Virus record (IMG/VR): IMGVR_UViG_3300032116_000004
Span: 248,001-312,000 of that record
DNA: 64,000 nucleotides
Reading direction: 5' to 3' (one strand)
Shown here: piece after piece, positions 19,141 to 31,700 of the stretch
Layout of the letters: every line of letters begins with the position of its first letter
Numbering within the stretch: position 1 is the stretch's first letter
The notes under the pieces: generated by a model
What the model was told of the DNA's origin: nothing
Databases searched by the model: none
The model's input: the letters and a program-made list of their open reading frames with translations, nothing else
Position numbers and translations under genes: made by a program

Positions 19141-19448
19141 CGTTGTTGAGATAATTGTTGATGCTCGATCAACCAAGCCGTCATCTGCTCCTGCCAACGA
19201 TCATGCGCCAGGTGCTGTAATTCCAACACATTGATCTGCACAGGAGTGCCATAAAGATCCTCTATGACTGCGTCTTCAGTGGGACAACTCTGTAACAGGG
19301 CCAAGAGTTCAGGACCTGCCCGCCACATACCGCCGGCAAAGGCAAAGGTCATTTTGGAATGGTATTTTTCTTTCAGCAGGCGTTTCTGCGTGGCATGATC
19401 AAAACGGCTACGGATTTGTTTGACTAGTTGTTCTGGATCCAAGTTCAT
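19137..19448 (-). CDS. Hypothetical protein, first gene of the accessory operon
   Basis: ORF directly after a TATAAT box; ATGA overlap with the next gene. Confidence 0.7.
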   Translation of the reverse strand: MNLDPEQLVKQIRSRFDHATQKRLLKEKYHSKMTFAFAGGMWRAGPELLALLQSCPTEDAVIEDLYGTPVQINVLELQHLAHDRWQEQMTAWLIEHQQLSQQR

Positions 19449-19453
19449 ACTCC

Positions 19454-19459
19454 ATTATA
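19454..19459 (-). promoter_or_regulatory. sigma70-type -10 box TATAAT, 5 nt before the ATG of 19137..19448
   Basis: Minus strand reads TATAATggagtATG; no convincing -35 at 17 bp. Confidence 0.45.
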
Positions 19460-19478
19460 ACAGAGTATGTAGCAAAAC

Positions 19479-19503
19479 AAAAGGGCCCGGAGGCCCTTTT
19501 TTT
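19479..19503 (-). terminator. Rho-independent terminator (bidirectional form) after the structural operon
   Basis: AAAAGGGCC-CGGA-GGCCCTTTTTTT hairpin flanked by A and T runs. Confidence 0.8.
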
Positions 19504-19519
19504 ACCGATTGACGATGTT

Positions 19520-20497
19520 TTATGATCCAGTTTGTGATCCAGCCAGTGTGGGTGTTCCCCAACTGGTCGTGGTAAGATATGTGGTAGCACTGGGGATCAG
19601 TGTGAGGGTAGATGTAAGTGTACCATCTACTGTGGTCAAACCGCCGGGTTTGGCGATGGTGGAGGCAATGGTTATTACTGAACCAGCATCAGCGTTGGAA
19701 CCTTGTGTACCGTTGCTCTTGATGTTTACAGTGATTGAGTTACCTTCATAGCCATAGTAAGAACTGGCCGATTGTGTGAATACCTGCACATTGGCAGTGG
19801 TGAGATCGTAGTATCCAGTGTTAGCGGAGATAGTCGGAGATCCAGATCCACCAGTTTTCACAGTTCCGGTATAACTACCGCCTGCGATGGTCTGTGTTCC
19901 TGTTCCTGCTGTGTAGTTAAGTGTTCCGCATGCAGTGCAAAGGTTGGTGATAGCAGTGTTTTGATCGCTGACTGAACCGCCGGTGCGGCTCCAGGTCTGG
20001 GTGATACGTCCACCGGCGTTAAAGAAATAACGTGCGGCATCTCCAGATGCAAAGGTCACTGTTTGTGTAAATATCACCGACGAGGTCCAGGAGGTAGCAC
20101 GACTTACAGCACCACCGGCAGTGATCGATGTGCCCACAGCGGCGCAGTTCAATCTGTTGTTAAAAATCGTGGTGATGTTGGTCGACAGAGCTGCATAGGC
20201 ACTGATCGTGTCCCCTGCCACCGGGCTAGAGATCGCAGTGATCGATGATCCTTGTTGGCTGGCTGCACTGGATATACGTGCCAGCATGGTCGACCATTGC
20301 GTAGCTGTCACTGTTTGTCCTGCTGACACTGCGCTCAAAACTGGTAAAGTGGTCTGACCATATCCTTTGTCACCTGTGCCCACACCCCATACAGTGTTGA
20401 CGTTTGCGACGTTGTTGTCACCTGTGCCGGCAGCATTACCTGTGGCAAAGATGTTGTAATCGTCGTCTAATATTACTGATCCGGTCGAGTAGGCCAT
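19520..20497 (-). CDS. Virion structural protein (Ser/Thr/Gly-rich, tail fibre/baseplate-associated)
   Basis: S/T/G/A-rich beta-type composition, MAY- start, located in the tail module. Confidence 0.65.
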   Translation of the reverse strand: MAYSTGSVILDDDYNIFATGNAAGTGDNNVANVNTVWGVGTGDKGYGQTTLPVLSAVSAGQTVTATQWSTMLARISSAASQQGSSITAISSPVAGDTISAYAALSTNITTIFNNRLNCAAVGTSITAGGAVSRATSWTSSVIFTQTVTFASGDAARYFFNAGGRITQTWSRTGGSVSDQNTAITNLCTACGTLNYTAGTGTQTIAGGSYTGTVKTGGSGSPTISANTGYYDLTTANVQVFTQSASSYYGYEGNSITVNIKSNGTQGSNADAGSVITIASTIAKPGGLTTVDGTLTSTLTLIPSATTYLTTTSWGTPTLAGSQTGS

Positions 20498-20508
20498 TCT
20501 TGTTATCC

Positions 20509-21936
20509 TTAATTAATCGTGACGATCGCTTCTACTGTGCCTTCGTCTTCGGTCAGTTTATCACGGATCGCGCGACCAATAACATTATATGCTGTCCATT
20601 CATTACGAGAGGCTGATCTTGCTAGTCCGTTTCCTGCTGAAACCAAGCGATCACCTTTACGCACCTTGCCGATCACACGCACAGGCACACGACCTGTCAT
20701 AGCGATAGGTGGATGTGTGGCGTCGTCACCAGCGGCACCGTTCATGGTGTAGGCCGGACGTGTTGATATCACACCAAACACTTCATCGGTGGCATCTTCC
20801 ATGGCAGCAGTGATTTCTTTGGCACCACCAAGCATGACCACTGTTCCGGGAGGATATGTGGTATCTGCTTCAAATCTTTCAGCCAAGTCAGCGTATTCAG
20901 CCGATGTGGCTTTGGCGAATATTGTGTTGAAATATCCCGAAGATGTTCCAATGTTGCCTATGCCGTTGGCATTGTTGTTAATGATACTGCCCAAAGACAC
21001 AGCGGCTGTTCCAAAATTCACTGTTCCGCCTGTTGACGCAATCTGCCCTGTGACCACTAGATTTGTGTTTATATTAACGTTAGATGTAGCACCATCGAGC
21101 GTCATACAAGTGGTGGTAGAACCTCCATCGTTGACCTGGAATATGATATCGCCATCCAGTGTTTGATTGCGGAGATATACGTCGGTTCCTGAGACAAACA
21201 AACGAGCATCTGAGTCACCGCCCACATATAGACCAGTATCATTGAGTATACTCAATGTGCCTGTGGTGGATGTGGCTGCGTCTGTGCGCATGAAAGAAGT
21301 CGAGTTCAGATTATCCAACAGGTCAGCGTTGGTAGCCGTGCCTTTCATTGTAGGGTAGTCTGTGCTCATGTTCAAGCCAGGCCCAATGGTTGCAAAACCT
21401 GTCAGTGCCGCGGCTGGAGTAAATGTTGGGTCTTTGGAGAATATAGCGACGATAGCATTATTGACAAACATTTTGACAACAACGTGATCGCTACCCGGTG
21501 ATGAATCGGTAATGGTGTCGACTATGGCGCCAGAAGTTCCAGTGCCCGATGTAAAGGCCGGACCTACTAAGATGAAACTGGATCCATTGTAGACCTTGAG
21601 CTGGGCGTTCACTGTGTCAAACCACAGGTCACCTGTGACATTCGATGTCGGAGCAGATGCGCTGGCAGTGGCGCTGGAAATCACTTTGAAAGTGGTTCCG
21701 TTGTAGACTTTCATCACACCATTGGTCTTGTCCCACCAAAGTTGTCCTACCAAAGGGTCCCCTGGGGCAGTGGTATTGCTACCACTTTCCAACAAGTGGA
21801 TGAAGTTTTCATCTAGGAATTCGCCATAGCCAGCATAGTTTTTGCCCACTAGGGTCATGCTGGAATCGCTGTTGATGGTTCCGTCCGCGATTACCGCGAA
21901 TATGGTGCCATCTGTTAAGTTAATCGTATATGCCAT
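20509..21936 (-). CDS. Tail fibre/baseplate protein with a C-terminal autocleaving chaperone-like (peptidase G2/IMC-like) domain
   Basis: LVGKNYAGYGEFLDENFIHLLE N-terminus; AEYADLAERF...PGTVV...GVIS...GRVPVRV...KGDRLV C-terminus. Confidence 0.6.
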   Translation of the reverse strand: MAYTINLTDGTIFAVIADGTINSDSSMTLVGKNYAGYGEFLDENFIHLLESGSNTTAPGDPLVGQLWWDKTNGVMKVYNGTTFKVISSATASASAPTSNVTGDLWFDTVNAQLKVYNGSSFILVGPAFTSGTGTSGAIVDTITDSSPGSDHVVVKMFVNNAIVAIFSKDPTFTPAAALTGFATIGPGLNMSTDYPTMKGTATNADLLDNLNSTSFMRTDAATSTTGTLSILNDTGLYVGGDSDARLFVSGTDVYLRNQTLDGDIIFQVNDGGSTTTCMTLDGATSNVNINTNLVVTGQIASTGGTVNFGTAAVSLGSIINNNANGIGNIGTSSGYFNTIFAKATSAEYADLAERFEADTTYPPGTVVMLGGAKEITAAMEDATDEVFGVISTRPAYTMNGAAGDDATHPPIAMTGRVPVRVIGKVRKGDRLVSAGNGLARSASRNEWTAYNVIGRAIRDKLTEDEGTVEAIVTIN

Positions 21937-21957
21937 TCTCTTTACTCCGCTTTAGGA

Positions 21958-21963
21958 TATTTA
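21958..21963 (-). promoter_or_regulatory. T4-type late promoter core TAAATA
   Basis: Upstream of 20509..21936; a second copy lies at 21983-21988. Confidence 0.6.
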
Positions 21964-21985
21964 CCACGGTTTAATATACTCATAT

Positions 21986-22588
21986 TTATGTAGAGCTCAA
22001 ATTTGTTAAGGTTTGTATCCGCACTGTATAATCTATCTGTATCTGGCGGTTCAAACTCTTTTGCACCGGGTGGAAGATCACATGAGTGATCAACCGTAAA
22101 TCTGTAGGACTACCGTTCCAGGTTTTTAAACCCAGTTCGTCAAACACATATTCACCATTGAAATTGGTTGAATTGTCAAAGGCTTGTTGGCCAGCGGGTT
22201 CACCGTAGTCCAACAAGCAACTTACTAAGATATCAGTGTAAACAGTGCCCGTGGTATGCAGGATAGTCATGTTGTTCCTGCTGGGATCTGTATTGGCCGC
22301 TGAATTGTTATCTACTACCTTGGCATAGGTAGGATTGTAAAGATCAGCATTCTGACCTGTGGTGTTAGGGGGCAAATATGTGATCACTCCAGTGGGATCC
22401 ACGGATGATCCACCGTTGCCAAAAGCCATGAGATATATCTGTCCAACGGTCTTGTTGGCTAGGGTATTGGCCATGCTGATAGATATGTTTTCATAGTGGA
22501 TGGCATTTTTCTTATCCACAAATACTTCTTGAGTGTTGGGATCAAATATCCGGACGAAACCCTCGATTTTTACTGGAACTTGCATCAT
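21986..22588 (-). CDS. Virion structural protein (tail module)
   Basis: Beta-rich ORF in the structural operon (FDELGL, THVIFHPVQKSLNR). Confidence 0.6.
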   Translation of the reverse strand: MMQVPVKIEGFVRIFDPNTQEVFVDKKNAIHYENISISMANTLANKTVGQIYLMAFGNGGSSVDPTGVITYLPPNTTGQNADLYNPTYAKVVDNNSAANTDPSRNNMTILHTTGTVYTDILVSCLLDYGEPAGQQAFDNSTNFNGEYVFDELGLKTWNGSPTDLRLITHVIFHPVQKSLNRQIQIDYTVRIQTLTNLSST

Positions 22589-22737
22589 GCTCGGGTCTCC
22601 AGGATGGTTTCTTTGGTATTTGGATCGAATATTTTCACGAAACCCGAAACCGCTATACCACCCACTTCATTGGGTTTGCGACGTGGCTGTGGTTGAGACT
22701 GCGGCGGAGTTGGTGTAGACTGTTGTTTATTATCCAT
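22585..22737 (-). CDS. Small 50-aa protein resembling the N-terminus of the next gene
   Basis: ATG lies 5 nt after TAAATA; GFVKIFDPNTKE versus GFVRIFDPNTQE. Confidence 0.6.
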   Translation of the reverse strand: MDNKQQSTPTPPQSQPQPRRKPNEVGGIAVSGFVKIFDPNTKETILETRA

Positions 22738-22742
22738 GGTAG

Positions 22743-22748
22743 TATTTA
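22743..22748 (-). promoter_or_regulatory. Late promoter core TAAATA, 5 nt before ATG
   Basis: TAAATActaccATG. Confidence 0.65.
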
Positions 22749-22756
22749 GCATGGCT

Positions 22757-25700
22757 TCAGACCCTTCCTTCAATGAACCAAGCAGCTTCGGTATTCTGTT
22801 CCTGTAAAGGTATACCGTTGCTGGCTGTGTTTATGCCTTGGGCGTATAACACCTTGGCTTGGACGATGAATATGACCACTTCCACACCCGACTGCGGTGC
22901 TGTGGCAAATGTTATCGTGATTGGATCCACAGATGATACGCTGTATTCTGAAGCATCAACTATAGTTCCGCCCACGCTGACCTGTATGGGTCTGGTCACT
23001 GATATATCTGTGACAAAAGTGTCTGTGGCCACATCTGCTTGGGTGATAAAGAATGTGTTGCTGTTGAGATCATTGATCACTACCACACGCTCGGCTGGAA
23101 TCACTGTGTCAAATTGCACAGTGATTGGGTTGAGATCAGTGACGTCATAGACCGTTTCTGGCTGTAACACTAAATCAGTAGCAGAGAAGGCAGCGGCCCA
23201 ACGGCTGGTTGAGCCTGTGGTGGGCACGGTCAGTGTAGAAACAGGACCAGAAATTGGCGTATATGTCACGCGGAACTGTAATCCAGCATCAGGAACAAAA
23301 TTCAGTTGCACAGTTATAGGATTCACACTGATGATAGTGAAATCGTCTTGAGGTATCTCTACCAGGGTGCCAATGGTAGGTCCAAGGTAGCACTGGATAG
23401 ATCCACCAAGATACACATCAATTTCGTTGACATAGCCAAATTCTGCGTTGTATGTGGTAGTGCTACCGTCGGCCAAGAACGTCTGTTCCAATGTGTTTTG
23501 TTGGTAGACATTTGGTAGCAATTCGCCTCGACCGATGCTGAGCACAGGTGCATCTATTGCATGAGAATCTGCACCAGTTCCTGCTGTGCCGCGTCGCAGT
23601 CCGCTGACTGTATTGGCCCAGTCGTCTCGTTCGCGATAGGTAATGCGTTCACCGTTGACAGTAATCTGTCCAAAGATATTGTTGGGTAGATTGGGTTCAT
23701 CGAGATTCTTGGCATCTCTGACATAGATGATGTCGTCTGTGGCCGACAATGCTTGCGTGAGAACAGTAGAAGTGTCAGGCAATATCCGATAGATCTTCTG
23801 TATCCCCAGCATGTCCTGGAAGATACGGAAAGCAATAGCCTCAGGAACCACAGTCTGTGTGAACGAAGTTATAGCGACCACATCTCCTGGACCAATGATA
23901 CTGCCACTGATGGTCACTACACTACCGCTGACCGTGAATCCATTACCGGCCAGCAGTCGCCAACCATTGAGGGTGACCCAGAGGCGTTCAGTGTCCAAGA
24001 TTGGACGACCAGTGTCAAAATTGTTGGTTTCAATCACAGCGCCCGCAGAATAATCGTAACTGCCCGGGAGTCCTGTGACATCTCCTGCATCAAAATTGGT
24101 GCTGTCATAGGGCTCACCAATTGTGGTTCCGGTCTGTGTGGGTCCTACAAATACCTGGGTCAATAATCCTTGTTCTTGTGTGTCATTCCATGTAGTTATA
24201 CCAATCACTGCACCAACAGAAGCACCTACTCGCAATATCAATTGATCGTTGTTGACTATGTAATCTGCATCTGTGGTAAGTGCTATCACTATTGTAGTTC
24301 CAGGAGCAGGCGCGGTATTGAACTGCACATAACGATCACTGCTGCCATCCCATGGACTCACAGTGTAATCAACTGCCAGGAACAATCGTTCTTGATCTAC
24401 ATAGACTTCGACATCGTTGTCGCTGATCAAGCCTTGATTGACTTGTCCACGAGTGGGCAGATAAAATGGTCCTGCGCTGGATCCATCGCCAAAGTATTCC
24501 ACGCTCTCTGCGGGACGCAAGCGGTTACCGTCACGTTCTACGATGAGGTTGATATCGTTGGTGCCTTGGAGACTGTTGTCCAAAATATAGGTATCAGTGC
24601 TGCCATCATATATGAAATACTGTGTGAGAGGGAAACTCCATGTTTTCTGAGGAGTGGTGATGCCCATCACAGTGACCACTACCCAATCATTGATGCCATA
24701 GGTATCAGCAAAGGTAACTGTGGTGGTTTGACCGCCTGAACTAGAAGCGTAATTGTAGTTCGTGATGATCGCACCGTTGACCACGATATTGAGTTCGTAA
24801 ATTTCGTTGTAGGCCACGGGCAACAACAAACTGTTGCCCACTAGGTTGCCTGGATAGCTTTCTTTGTAGAGTTGGCTTCCGCCTCCGATGCCATAGATTT
24901 CTATGGATACAATATCTCCGGCAGCGGCGCCTGCCGTCACAGTCACTACCTGGCTGGGCCAATTTACGGTATATTGTTCTTGGGGTATGAGACTTACTCT
25001 ATTGGTGATATTGACCACTCTCACTGCCACAGCATGCGCCATGGCATCAGCAAAGCTCACGGATGCGTTGCTGGGTGTCCATGCGAGATTCACGGTCTTG
25101 ATATTGAAACCGTGCCCGTCGCCGGTCCAGTCTGAACCAGGGCGTGTATACACACGCATGTCCAAGGTGTCAAACGTGGCACCGGGAACCAATTCTTCTG
25201 GTGCATGGCTGGAATAGGTGTCTATGAAAGCGCCGCCGGCCACGTTTATATCCGTAGTGCGTTCACCGAGATAGGTGTCAAGGAATGAACTTTCATAGAT
25301 CGCATCTAGGATCGCTGGATCGTATGTGGGACGGCCTTCCGGACCGTAGTCGATGTTATCAAACGGATTGATGTCAAAATTGCCCACATCAAATCCGGTG
25401 TTCTGATCAAATCCAGGACCTTTGACTTGCACTCCTGGGTAGTCAATGCCCACGATAACCTGGGCCAATTCTCTGCCGGGTTCATTGGGGGTAGGTGCAT
25501 ACAGACCTATCACACGATCGGCAGCGGCCAGTGTGGCAGGATCAACCAAAGTATAATCTTCAGGATCAAATATAGAACCACTGTCCAGTTCTGAACTGTC
25601 ATCTACTTCGTTGACACTGTAGACTTGATCTTGGAAACGCACCAACTGACCTTCAGCATACTTGGTATTAGGCTCCCAATCCAAGACTTGGCTGGTATAT

Positions 25701-28700
25701 TCATAGCGGTCAAACTTGATGGTAGTGGTGAAATTACGCACCAATTCATTGCCCATCACGGCCACTACACGGGCACCTGATCCATTGCCACCCGTTATGG
25801 TGATGGCAGGAGTTATGGTATAACCTGTGCCCGGATCTACCACGATCACTTGCACCAATTGTCCACCGGTATTCACCCGAGCCACAGCCAATCCAGGAGC
25901 ACCAGACCAAGCCAAAGTCAAAGTGCCATTGGTTTCGGTGCCTTCGGTAAATGTAGGTGCCAAGGTTCCTGATGTGCCATCGATCTGCACAGTGTATAAG
26001 TTACTGCGATAGAATATCTGTTGGCCTGCTGTGTAAACAGTATTGGTCTGCCATTCAGCACCAATAACTACCTGAGGCGCGATGGTATAACCTGCTCCGG
26101 GTTCTATGACATCTACGGCTTGGAGTTCAAGAGTATAGTGCTGATACCATTGGTTCCAGGGCAGAGTCTGCCAGATTGGTGCTGTGCTAGGAGTGCTAGA
26201 AACAGGATCCAACGGTGGTTCGCCGTCATCCAATATGGGGCTCACAAACTGGTTGTAAGTGGTATCAAAGTAGGCCGGACAATCAAAATCCGTGACACTG
26301 CCTTGATAGGTATCAATGCCTTCGTATTTGAGATTGAACTCTTTTATCTTGACGTGATACGGTTTGACTTCTTTGATGTATTCCAACACAAAGTCCTGGT
26401 TGTCTTGGCGGAAGATCTGATAGGGCAAAAGGTCACGTATCTTGTGATTGACATCAATCAACGAAGTCTTGAACAGCCACTCTGGTGCCACTTGTTCTTG
26501 CAAGATAAAGTCAAACATCAGCATCAAGAGATTGTTTCGGAATATCAACAGTTCGCCAGTGAGCAATTCTTCGTTGATAGCACGTATGATCTGGCGTGTT
26601 TCTGTGCCAGGGAATGTGTCAAAGTATTGGCTGTCAAAGGTTTCGATATCAAAACCAAAGCGTCCCAACGCATAGTCCCAGATCTCGGCCTTGACTGCGA
26701 TGGTTCCATCTTCCAGCACCACTCTATTCCATGTGCCATCCAACAATTGGTAGATTTCAAATTTGCCAAAACTGTTACGTGTGACTTTCACACTGGAACC
26801 TTCGGGCAGGGTCAATCTAGCAAGATCGCTGAAAGTGGCCACTTCGGCGGCAGGTCTCTGTGATGTATTGTAACCAGGTTTGACCCAATCAATATACTCC
26901 CAGAATTTTTTAGTATCATAGTTCTGCACTCGGCTTAGCAACAATTCTTTGGGTGACCCGATCAGAGCAGATCCCAAGACCACTGTGTATATGGTCCAAA
27001 GACCGTTTTGTGTGGAATCAGATGCCACTAGGTATTTGTATCCTGGTGCGACTTCGTCGAGATTTTGATATGTCAATTCAGCATAGGTCAATACACGCTT
27101 GTTCCATTCACCAGATGCTGATGTAGGCTCGGGCTCTTCGCTGTTCAGTAACGTGAATGGCCGGCTGTCGCTGATAGGAAACTGCGCCAGTATAGCATTG
27201 GCACGTTGGAGATAGTTTTCCAGTGCCAGGAAACGGTCGACAAAGAAACTCTGACGAGGGCGGAATTGCACACCATACAATTCTGCAGGACTCAGTGTGG
27301 GATCTGGAACCTTGTTTCCTATGGTATCTTCGCCGCAGAACGAATCCAGCAGTTTGCGATACAGTCCACCACTCAAGAAACTGTTGGGGTTGTCTGTGGC
27401 AATGAGATCGTATTCCACGTGGACATTGTCATCATTGGCTATGCGATCAAACTCTACGTGCAATATGGTATCTTGGGCCGATATGAATGATCTACCATTG
27501 TAGATGGCAGTGGTGCTGGGGCTGATAAACGCCACATAAGGTATGCCGGAACTGCGAGGATTTTCGATGTATTGGGCCACGGCCTGCACACTCAATGTCT
27601 TTTTCACTTGGGTAGCCACTTCGCGTATGCCCTTGACCCAGAAGAAATAACGAGCCGCAAACAATCCATCAGGATTGAGTTTGCTGGTCACTGTATAGCT
27701 GGTAGTGCTGTAAACTTCGCCTGGACCTTGATAGGCAGCCGGTGGTGTAGGACTTTCTATCCACTGATAGACATCCACTGTGGATCCCGGGAACAGTTGA
27801 CTCCAACGGCGCGAACGATATGCTATGGAATCCTGATGATAATCAATGAATCGCACTGTGGATAAGTCCCACCATATCTCTCCAAGATGGTTGTCAGTCC
27901 AGGTATCTCCATAGTTGTTCACTAATCCAGTGTTATAGGCTGCAGGATCCAGTGCGCCAAGATAATCAATATTCTGTCTAGCGGCACCTAAAATTTTGCC
28001 TTGTAGTGGATCAATAAAGTCAAAATACTGTGTGATCTTGCTTTCCAGTCGATCATACATGAACACCGAGTTCATGAGATTGACATCTACTATAGGAGTC
28101 TGGCGATAGACCACGTTCCAGGCTGGCAATCTATCAATGTTGTTGAGTTGTGCCACACGCCCAAAATCTCCCACGCTGTCATCCAAATCGTCTTGGGGAC
28201 TGCCTACCAATAGCACACCACCTTGATAACTAACAGCCGTTCCGAATTCGTCCAAGGATCCAAGATCTTCATCATAGATCTGTTGTCCAAACACAAACTT
28301 GGAAGGATTGGTTACGCTGCCATTGGCCGCGGATAGCAAATCAAATGTATAGACCACGCCGCTTTCGGGCAATGGATCAAAGAATTCTGTGGACTTGCTG
28401 TCAAAAAATGTAGTGCCTTCATCAAAGGTTGTGGGTTTGGCCGCTGTGCCTTGTGGCGAACCGACGATCAATGTAGTGGCTTCGTCGGATATATTGAGGC
28501 TGGCTCCAAAATGCGCATAAGCGATAGGCAACGGAGCTTCTATGGTCTGGGTATAGACCATGGGCTCTAACCCAAGATCATAGTATGCTGTGCCCAGGCC
28601 TGGCATGACCAACAGTTGTGTAAACGGAACAGCGGCATCGTGGTTAGCGATGGTTATATTGAGATAGCCGTCAGTGGTGAATGCGTTGACGTTGGGTAAA

Positions 28701-31700
28701 TTGGCAGTGACAATATCAGCGGCATACAAAGCGGCCCAATCGCTGGCTTGCCAATATGTGGTGTCCGTCAATGCCGCGCCCACTGGCACAGTGCGGATGC
28801 TACGATAGATATCACTACCTGATATCACGAAAGTATTTGCGGCCCAGCCAATAGCACTGTTCCAACTAGCAGGAGTCGATACTGCGACATCAACATTGTT
28901 GATCCGTATGGTATCTCCCGGAGTCAATGTGGGATCTTGTGTGATGCCTTGGATGGATCCATAGAGACGATTTTGATTAACGAATCTTTCCACACTGCCT
29001 GCTTCAGGCAACACAGTGGAATCGTTGGGCTGACCAATGTATAAGCTACAATTGGTAGGACACTGATCTACCACTCGACCAAATGCGGCGGCAGCCACAG
29101 GTGCGTTGCTCTGCACCGCTTGCATGAGTTTGAAAGTGTTGGTAGAAATCTCCACTACATCGCCCACGTTCAAGGGTGCAGTGATAGTGACTTCGTTGGT
29201 CAGATAATCCACAGAGAACTCACCGTTGTTGTTGCCATTGGCATCTGGCACTAGATAGGTAGCATTGACTTTGACAGTGAACGGTGTATAGGCTCGCACA
29301 GTGCCGGTGCCAGATCCTGTTCCAGTGGCACGGAATATTTCGCCCACGGTGTTGGTATCAGCACCAATGGCCACATAGTTGGTAGTTCCCACAGTGAGTA
29401 TGCGATATACTTTACCTATTTCGATTGTTGTAGCATTTTGTATCACCGGCCTCAGAGTGGTAAACGTATCCTCACCCGCTGTGGTAACTGTGAAACTTTC
29501 AATGCTACGATCGATCACATAGGTTTTGCCAGCCAGTAATTTAGCATCAGCGGTGTCATCAGGCGCACCTACCACTACCTGAGCACCGTCAGTGGTAGTG
29601 GTCACACTGTGTCCAAATCTGCCACCCGACAATCCTGGTGTTTCAATGAAATCAATGTATTCCCAATAAGTTCCGCTGGTGAACAGTATGGTGCCAGTGG
29701 GTGGTGTCAACAAGAAAGTTACTACCTTGGTAGATTCGTCAAAACTGTAGTCCATATTAGGACGTTGCAACACATCATTGACATACACACTGAAACTGCT
29801 GAGATTGCTCACGGTATACAATTCAGAGATATCAAATGTAGCCTGCGGCGAAGTAGTGATAAATGTTTTGCTTTGCAATCTTGTGCATCTGACTACGTCA
29901 CCGTCGTTGGGTGGTGCGTCAAACACAACAGTGCCATTGGAATAGTTGTATTCAACTCCGGCTGTCTTAGGAATATTATTGACCACAACACCAATTTGCG
30001 TGGCACCAATACCGCCATCGGCAGAGTCATCATCTACCACTATCACATCGCCTACATAAAATTCTGTTGTTGACCCATCACCAGTGAATGATTTGGCTTG
30101 GAACTGTATGTTTACACGATTGTATGCATACACCCGATCGCCCGATGGAGCACCCACATACATCCAGCGTTCATCAGTGCTGATGGCCACACTGTATCCA
30201 TACTCATCAAACAAAAAGATATTGACTGTTTCGCCACCAGCCAGAGGTGTGGTCAGCACCACGTTGGGTGCGCTGTAGGTCCAGTCAACACCACGGATCA
30301 ATACAGTGTCATCGACTACCACTCCCACGTCAGCGGGATCAGTTATGGTGATAGAACCCGAAGGATTGAATGTGGTTTGGCTGGCGCTGGCCGTGGTCTG
30401 ATACAATCGATATGGAACTTCAGTGATCAGTTGGCTTTGCAAGAAACTGCCTGTGTTTTGATTGCGGGTGATGGCCACGCTGTAGCCTTGTTTGGCCCAA
30501 CTGTCGGGAGCCCCGGCCACTGCCCACTGGAGATTGCCAGTGGCCACGCTGGCACCATAGCCCTGCAGATTGTTAGCGTTCATGGTCAACTGCTGGGTTT
30601 CAACATAGGTCGCGGTAGATGCTTTGCTAAAACCATACAGCGCACCTGCTCCTGAGTTTGCACCTGGGGCACCTACTAGACAGGCTAGATTGTTGAAACC
30701 TTGAGATATGGCTGTGCCAAATCGTCCATTGGTTTCTGGTTCCTGAGGAACTAATTCAGCAGGCGAACCAAAGGGATCGATCTTTTCTAACACTACCCAG
30801 TGTCCTGTGCCATCATCGTCTACCCAGGCTTGATTGCCAGGCAACAAGCGATTGGCATAACTGAGAGCACTGACATCAGCGGCTTGTCGCACACGCATGC
30901 TTTCCAGCACAAAACACACACCATTGCCCGTGATTTGGGTAGCAGGCGCTGGAATAGCCAGGATCACTGTGACTGTGAACAAACTAGGTATCGATAACAC
31001 ACGATATGCACCATCAACTACACTACCAAAATATTTGATCACGATCTGTTGGTTGACTTCAAGATCGTGCGGACCGGCAAATGTTAGGGTGCAAGTTCCG
31101 TTGAGATTGTCTCGGACCTGGGTGACAGGATAACTTACCAGATTGCTACGATAGATATTCCAATCATAGGCGTTGTCTTTGGCTACCCAGAAACTGGTGC
31201 CAACCAAGATGTTGTCAATGTCTGCGATGATAGGTGTGAGATCTTCAAAACTAAACACTTTGACATCGGCGTCGTCCCAGTTCACATAACCAGCATTGGG
31301 CAACTGTAGATCCGGTTGATTCAGCGTGATCACGGGCAGTATCTCAGGATCAGTTATCTTGTAACTTTCTTTCCAGAGTTTGTCGACCTGCACTGTCTGA
31401 TCTGCATCGCTGAATTGTTGTGGTTCAATGATCTGGATGGTAGAAGGATTACCCAGCAACAATGCCTCGTTGAGGCGCAGTTCATAGTAACTGCGATTGG
31501 CATTAGCACCGTAGATAGAGCGCAGTATGGCCCAGTTTTCAAATATTTCATATTCGGCTACTTCTTTGCCAAGATTGGCTTTGCCAAAGATATCTGTGGC
31601 CTGTGTGGTGCCTTTGGTGCCCAGGAACTGGCTATAGAGATTAACTTGGCTGATATCGTCCAAGTTGAGATTCTGCATGTATCTGCGAGGGCGGAAACCT

